A stretch of 64,000 nucleotides of DNA from Armatimonadetes bacterium CG06_land_8_20_14_3_00_66_21 (GTDB lineage Bacteria; Armatimonadota; Abditibacteriia; CG2-30-66-41): positions 7,826-71,825 of the forward strand of contig PEVN01000512.1 in assembly GCA_002779825.1 (NCBI GenBank), in the 5' to 3' direction. Positions 59,214 to 64,000 of the stretch are shown here, in pieces; the first letter of the stretch is position 1; each line of letters opens with the position of its first letter. Made by a program: the position numbers and the translations under genes. Under the pieces are notes generated by a model. The model was given only the letters and a program-made list of their open reading frames with translations. It searched no databases and was not told the origin of the DNA.

Positions 59214-61520
59214 ATGGCTTCCTCCGCCAGTTGTCAGGGAACCAACCGTCCTGTTCCCGGGATCGCCCCTCGGCCCGCCACCCGGGTCCTCTCCCCCGAC
59301 GAGTTGAGCGCAGCCTTCGAAGCGCGGAATCGGAGCGCGCTATTCCTGGCCGGGGCCGTGGCCTCGCTTACCTGTGTCCTCGCGGCCACCGCGCTGGAGT
59401 TCGAGCCGAAGTTCGTTCCGCTCGTCGTTCAGGTGGCAGGTCTGGGCACTGCCGCAAGCTGGTTGTTCCGCCGGGCGCATTCCTCCGCCGTGGCTGTCAA
59501 CGCAGCGCTTGTATTGGCGACACTGGCAGCGTGGTGCCCGTATGTCGCGCAGACTCCCTGGCATGGGTTCTTCGCTCGGGAGGGGGTGTGGAAGGCGTTC
59601 GAGGAGGCTGGCAGTGACGCGACCTGCTCATTGGTGTTGCGCGCCCTCGCCTTCGCCGTCGCCTTCCGAACCTTCGGAGTGCTGCGCGACCGCGATGTGG
59701 TGCTGAACCTCCTCCCCGGTCTGGGAGTCATCGCCCTTCTGTGCGCGCTCCATCCGCCTGCGGTGATGCTCCCGTACCTCATGCTGTTCGCGGCCGGCTG
59801 CACGCTGTGCCTACACGTGACCCAGCGACTCAGGTGCTTGTCCTGTCACAACCAGTTGGGGAGCGTGGGGGCGCAATGCGGCCCGCTTCGGGTCGCCACC
59901 CGTCCCCTGCTGAGCCAGGTCGTCCTCGCAGCGGCCGCAACGGCCGCCCTGACGGCTGCCTGGTTGTGCTGGCGGCCGGTGTGGCCTGCCCTCCGCCACC
60001 ACCTCACGGCAGCCAAGAACCGGGCCTGGGTCCTCGCCCTGAAGGCCACCGGGCGCCCCTGCGTCAGTGCCGGCGACTCCCTGTCCCTCGCCCGGCCGGC
60101 AGTGCGGCTCCAATCGACCGTGCTGTTCGAGGTGAAGGCCGGCAGTGGGTGCTACTGGCGGACCCACGCTCTCGACCGGTACACAGGCAGAGGCTGGCGC
60201 GCCGCAGCAACGGAACACCACGGGCTCTCCGCCAGTGAGGAGGGCGTTCCCTTGGGGCGCGGTGCCGCGCCCCCGGACTACCGCTCAGTCGAGCAGACTG
60301 TCACGGCGCGCGCGCCTATGATCTTCTCCCTCCCGTGCGCGTACCGCCCCGTTTGGGTGGGACCGGGACCCGACCACCCCAAAGTCGCCCCTGACGGCGG
60401 ACTGCATTGCCGCGAGATCCTCGTGGCAGGAGACACCTACGTGGTCGTGTCCTGCGTCCCGGACGGAGGCGTTGTCGCCGAGCCGGAACCGCTGACGGGC
60501 CGAGGCCGAGCGCGCTGCCTCGCCCTGCCTGCGATCCCCACCCGAGTCAGACAATGGGCGCGAGTGACCGCGGCTCAGCCACAACCGGGATACGCCGCCG
60601 CCCAGCGACTGCGGGAGGCGGTCAGCAAGCGCTGCGGATACACGGTGAAGCCCGGCCGGTTTCCACCTCGACGGGACCTCGTGGACTACTTCCTGTTCGA
60701 ACGTCGCCGGGGGTACTGCGCGCATTTCGCTTCGGCCATGGTGGTCTGTCTCCGGGCGGTCGGCATCCCCAGCCGGGTCGTCTCGGGCTACGCCTCCGGT
60801 GACTTCGACCCTGAGAAGGAGGCATACGTGGTGCGCCAGCGGCACGCCCATGCGTGGGTGGAAGCATGGTTCCCGGAGCGAGGATGGTGCTCCTTTGACC
60901 CGACCGAGGGGGCGAAGATCCTGCTTGGGCCCGAGGGCGAGGAGGACCGTTCTGAACGGGCCGACAGGCCTTCGGCCAACTCCTCGCAAAGTGGCAGCAG
61001 TGAGGACGGCAACGGCGTTTCCCGGGGCGCCAAGCCTACGAACCCGCAGGGGCTCCGCCCGCGACCACAACTGCGGCGCACGACCGCCGGTATCCGAGCA
61101 CTCGAGCGCGCGGCCTGGCTCGCCTGCTTCCTCGCGCTTGCAGGTCTCGGAGCGGCCGAACTGAATGCCCGCAGACACAGGGAGAGTCCTCCCACAACAG
61201 GGGCGCCTCGGTGGGGCCGCCCCCCGATTGCCCCGCGCGTCGGCCTCAGCTTGGAGGAAGGGGTCCCCACAGTCGCTGACCTGTACGAAGAGGCAGCGTC
61301 TTTGGTCGCCGGTCGGTTCGCGCCTCGGGCCGATCCGCAAACGTTCCATGAATACGCTCGCCTGGTCCGACAGCGGCTTCCCGGCCCAGGAGAGGCATTC
61401 CAGCGGCTGACCGACCTGTATGCGGAATACCGGTACACGGAAGCTCCCTCGGAACCCGCCAAGGTCGAAGCCGCCTCGCGTCTGCTGAAGGAAGTGCACC
61501 GCCAGGCGCGAACAAGCTGA
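59214..61520 (+). CDS. Membrane transglutaminase-like protein (TgpA-type)
   Basis: Multiple N-terminal TMs, YWR...DRYTGRGW, and catalytic GYCAHFASAM, HAWVE and FDPT. C-terminal DUF4129-like segment (T.HEYA, LY..RY). Confidence 0.9.
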   Translation: MASSASCQGTNRPVPGIAPRPATRVLSPDELSAAFEARNRSALFLAGAVASLTCVLAATALEFEPKFVPLVVQVAGLGTAASWLFRRAHSSAVAVNAALVLATLAAWCPYVAQTPWHGFFAREGVWKAFEEAGSDATCSLVLRALAFAVAFRTFGVLRDRDVVLNLLPGLGVIALLCALHPPAVMLPYLMLFAAGCTLCLHVTQRLRCLSCHNQLGSVGAQCGPLRVATRPLLSQVVLAAAATAALTAAWLCWRPVWPALRHHLTAAKNRAWVLALKATGRPCVSAGDSLSLARPAVRLQSTVLFEVKAGSGCYWRTHALDRYTGRGWRAAATEHHGLSASEEGVPLGRGAAPPDYRSVEQTVTARAPMIFSLPCAYRPVWVGPGPDHPKVAPDGGLHCREILVAGDTYVVVSCVPDGGVVAEPEPLTGRGRARCLALPAIPTRVRQWARVTAAQPQPGYAAAQRLREAVSKRCGYTVKPGRFPPRRDLVDYFLFERRRGYCAHFASAMVVCLRAVGIPSRVVSGYASGDFDPEKEAYVVRQRHAHAWVEAWFPERGWCSFDPTEGAKILLGPEGEEDRSERADRPSANSSQSGSSEDGNGVSRGAKPTNPQGLRPRPQLRRTTAGIRALERAAWLACFLALAGLGAAELNARRHRESPPTTGAPRWGRPPIAPRVGLSLEEGVPTVADLYEEAASLVAGRFAPRADPQTFHEYARLVRQRLPGPGEAFQRLTDLYAEYRYTEAPSEPAKVEAASRLLKEVHRQARTS

Positions 61521-61666
61521 CACCGAGGTCTCGGCAGTCTGCCTTCCCGTCGAAGAGGTAGCCCGACGCGCCAGCGGAGAGACTCACTCGGCTCCGCGCC
61601 CCAGGCTACGTGTTCCTTCGTCCGGGTCCAGCCGAGGCTGCCTGAGCGATCCCTGGGAGACAGACT

Positions 61667-62608
61667 TTGCACCTGACCGAAGCCGCCCGCGCTGCCGTCG
61701 CCCTTGTCGAGAGCATTGAACGCGTGATCGTCGGCAAGCGGGACACCGTGGAGGGTGCCGTCGTCACGCTCCTCTCCGGCGGTCACCTCCTGCTGGAAGA
61801 CGTTCCCGGCGTGGGTAAGACGGTCCTGGCTAAGTCGCTGGCTGTTTCGCTGGGGGTCACCTTCAAGCGCGTCCAGTTCACGCCCGACCTCCTGCCTTCC
61901 GATGTGACCGGCGTCACGGTGTTCGACCAGCGGAACGCCGAGTTCCGGTTCCGCGAAGGACCGGTCTTCACCAACGTCCTGCTCGCCGACGAGATCAACC
62001 GGGCCTCGCCGAAGACGCAGTCCAGCCTCTTGGAGTGCATGGAAGAACGGCAGGTTACCGTTGACGGCGTGACGCATCCGCTGCCCCAGCCGTTCATGGT
62101 CATCGCGACCCAGAACCCCCTCGAGTACGAGGGCATCTACCCGCTGCCGGAGTCCCAGTTGGACCGGTTCATGGCGCGCCTCCGCCTCGGCTACCCCTCG
62201 CTCGAGAACGAGAAGATCGTCCTCAAGCAGCAGGCGGTGCGGCATCCCCTTGAGGCGTTGACCGTGGTGGTCCAGGGCGACACCGTCAGGGACATGCAGC
62301 AGACGGTGCGGTCCGTGCACGTCAGCGACGAGATGCAGGACTACGTCCTGGCTCTGGTGAGCCGCACCCGCAGCCATCCTCGCCTTCACCTGGGAGCCAG
62401 TCCGCGCGGGTCCCTGCACCTGACTCGGGCCGCCCAGGCGCGGGCAGTGTTGCGTGGGCGCGACTACGTTCTCCCCGACGACGTCAAGGGCATGGCCGTG
62501 GCGGTGCTCGCCCACCGCCTGATCCTGGAACCGGAGGCGCGCCTCGAGGGCCTCTCCTCCGAGGAGGTCGTGCAGGAGATCCTCGGTGTCACCCCCGTCG
62601 CCGCATAG
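61667..62608 (+). CDS. moxR: MoxR family AAA+ ATPase (copy 2)
   Basis: EDVPGVGKT, QFTPDLLPSDVTG, LADEINRASPKTQS, ATQNP and GASPR motifs. Confidence 0.95.
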   Translation: MHLTEAARAAVALVESIERVIVGKRDTVEGAVVTLLSGGHLLLEDVPGVGKTVLAKSLAVSLGVTFKRVQFTPDLLPSDVTGVTVFDQRNAEFRFREGPVFTNVLLADEINRASPKTQSSLLECMEERQVTVDGVTHPLPQPFMVIATQNPLEYEGIYPLPESQLDRFMARLRLGYPSLENEKIVLKQQAVRHPLEALTVVVQGDTVRDMQQTVRSVHVSDEMQDYVLALVSRTRSHPRLHLGASPRGSLHLTRAAQARAVLRGRDYVLPDDVKGMAVAVLAHRLILEPEARLEGLSSEEVVQEILGVTPVAA

Positions 62609-62614
62609 CCCTTC

Positions 62615-63892
62615 ATGACCACCACCGGCAAAGTCTTCGCCTTCGCCACAGCGGCGCTGTACCTCATCGCCGTGGTCAACGACAGGGAACTCAGCTACCT
62701 GATGTGCTGGGCAACGCTGAGCGTCCTGATCGCGTCCGCGCTCCTGTCTCGGCTCTCTCTCAGCGGCGTCGAGGTCACCCTTCAGGACTGCCCCAGCCGC
62801 GGCTTCGAAGGACGCTCCGTCCCCGTAGCGCTGCGCTTCCGGAACCGGGGTTCGCTGAACAAGACCAACCTCGTTCTCCGCCTCTCAGTCGCCAACGAGA
62901 CCCAGGGCTCTGCCGCTGACACGCAGTGGCACCTCCCCTGCCTGGAGGCAGGCGAGGAAGTCGACGAGGTCCTGCTGCTCCGCGACCTGCGCAGGGGCGT
63001 CGTCTCAATTGGCTCCGCCCGGCTGACGGCCGGCGACCCGCTCGGCCTGTTCCGCTGCCGGCGGCCGGTTCCGCTCAGCCACCAGCTCGTCGTCTACCCC
63101 CGGCGCGTCGCCTTGCCCGAAGCCGCCTTGTTCGGCGCCGGGCGCGGAGACCGCAGCGCCGTTAGGGAGTCCCCCACCGGCAGCGGCGACTCGGAGTTCC
63201 ACGCTGTCCGCCAGTTCGTGGACGGCGACGACCTCCGCCGGGTGCACTGGCCGACGACCGCGCGCACGGGTCGCCTGGCGATCAAGGAGTTCGAAGGCGC
63301 CGCGCGCCTGGAAGCCGTGCTGCTTGTTGACCTCTGGCGCGAGCAGACCGATCGCCCCGGCGGCCTGGAGGCATTCGAGGACAGCCTCCGGGTCGCGGCG
63401 TCCCTGGCCCAGGGGCTGCTCAAGCGCGGCGGCGTGCTGCGCGTCCACCTCTCCTCGGACCGCGCCGTCCACCTCCCCCCTGACCGCGGCGAACGCCAGC
63501 TCGTCCGTCTCCTCGAAGCGTTGGCCCGGGCGCGGGCGGACGGGCCGCTGCCTCTCGACCGCGTGCTGCTGGACCTGCTCCGCACGCTCCCGCAAGCCGG
63601 CGTCGTTGCCTGTGTCAGCAGTGCTTTGCCGGCAGGTCTGCCCCGCGCCGCCACGGCACTGCGGGCCAGGCAGGTTGGCCTGTCAGTCGCTCATGTTCCC
63701 CCCGCTGCCCAGGATCCGACTCAGTCCTCGGGGCCGGAGGCGGAGATCACCCGCGCCCTGCGTGGACTCGGCGTTACAGTCCAGCCGGTCGGGCTCGAAC
63801 ACCCGAGCCTGCCGACTGACGGCGACGGCGCCGCAGAGTCCGCGTGGGACGCCTGGCCGGCGCGCCGCGCGGCTCGGTCTCTCACAACGTAG
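62615..63892 (+). CDS. DUF58 domain protein (copy 2)
   Basis: RRG, DPLGLF, VYP and EFHAVRQFVDGDDLRRVHWPTTARTG..KEFE motifs. Confidence 0.9.
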   Translation: MTTTGKVFAFATAALYLIAVVNDRELSYLMCWATLSVLIASALLSRLSLSGVEVTLQDCPSRGFEGRSVPVALRFRNRGSLNKTNLVLRLSVANETQGSAADTQWHLPCLEAGEEVDEVLLLRDLRRGVVSIGSARLTAGDPLGLFRCRRPVPLSHQLVVYPRRVALPEAALFGAGRGDRSAVRESPTGSGDSEFHAVRQFVDGDDLRRVHWPTTARTGRLAIKEFEGAARLEAVLLVDLWREQTDRPGGLEAFEDSLRVAASLAQGLLKRGGVLRVHLSSDRAVHLPPDRGERQLVRLLEALARARADGPLPLDRVLLDLLRTLPQAGVVACVSSALPAGLPRAATALRARQVGLSVAHVPPAAQDPTQSSGPEAEITRALRGLGVTVQPVGLEHPSLPTDGDGAAESAWDAWPARRAARSLTT

Positions 63893-63902
63893 CTCGACAG
63901 CC

Positions 63903-64000
63903 ATGGACGCGCCTACAGCCGAGCAACAACTGGACGCCCTCCGCACCCGCGACCGGCGGCTCCTTTACTGGGCCGGCGGCGTGGTCAATGTCAGCGGGGT
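63903..64000 (+). CDS. 5' part of a probable second transglutaminase-like gene (partial)
   Basis: MDAPTAEQQLDALRTRDRRLLYWAGGVV resembles DELSAAFEARNRSALFLAGAV of copy 1 and occupies the same position after DUF58. Confidence 0.55.
   Translation, partial: MDAPTAEQQLDALRTRDRRLLYWAGGVVNVSG

Overview
GC-rich bacterial chromosomal window with no rRNA, tRNA, CRISPR array, integrase or transposase that I could see. The gene content (large secreted glycan-active proteins, Flp pilin, anaerobe-type oxygen defence) is reminiscent of Armatimonadota or similar lineages, but that is inference. (1) 0.85-14.6 kb, minus strand: a respiratory operon that interleaves alternative complex III genes (actF ... actA, actB, actC, actD) with SCO, an A2-type heme-copper oxidase (I-III-IV-II), heme o synthase and a polytopic membrane cytochrome c. 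(2) 14.8-22.1 kb: an oxidative-stress/iron cluster (double-rubredoxin NAD(P)H oxidoreductase, rubredoxin, zwf, rubrerythrin, ferredoxin, ferritin, two ferritin-like proteins, HEAT protein, desulfoferrodoxin). (3) 22.6-31 kb: sugar dehydrogenases, a 1232-aa secreted glycoside-hydrolase-like protein and a RelE/ParE toxin-antitoxin pair. (4) 31-42.8 kb: a two-component system, GH57 branching enzyme, ilvB, Nfu, larE, an orphan nuoI-like gene, cysK and a DapA-like pseudoenzyme. (5) 43-49.5 kb: a KAP NTPase-HEAT-FGE fusion preceded by a perfect 26-bp inverted repeat, and a CBM9-type protein. (6) 49.7-54.8 kb: Flp pilin, DUF2723 glycosyltransferase, prepilin peptidase, CBS protein and nitrilase. (7) 54.9-64 kb: an orphan divergent MraZ with 10-bp-phased operator-like repeats, a candidate structured RNA, and a tandemly duplicated MoxR-DUF58-transglutaminase triad. 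All calls come from motif recognition by eye; no searches were run.
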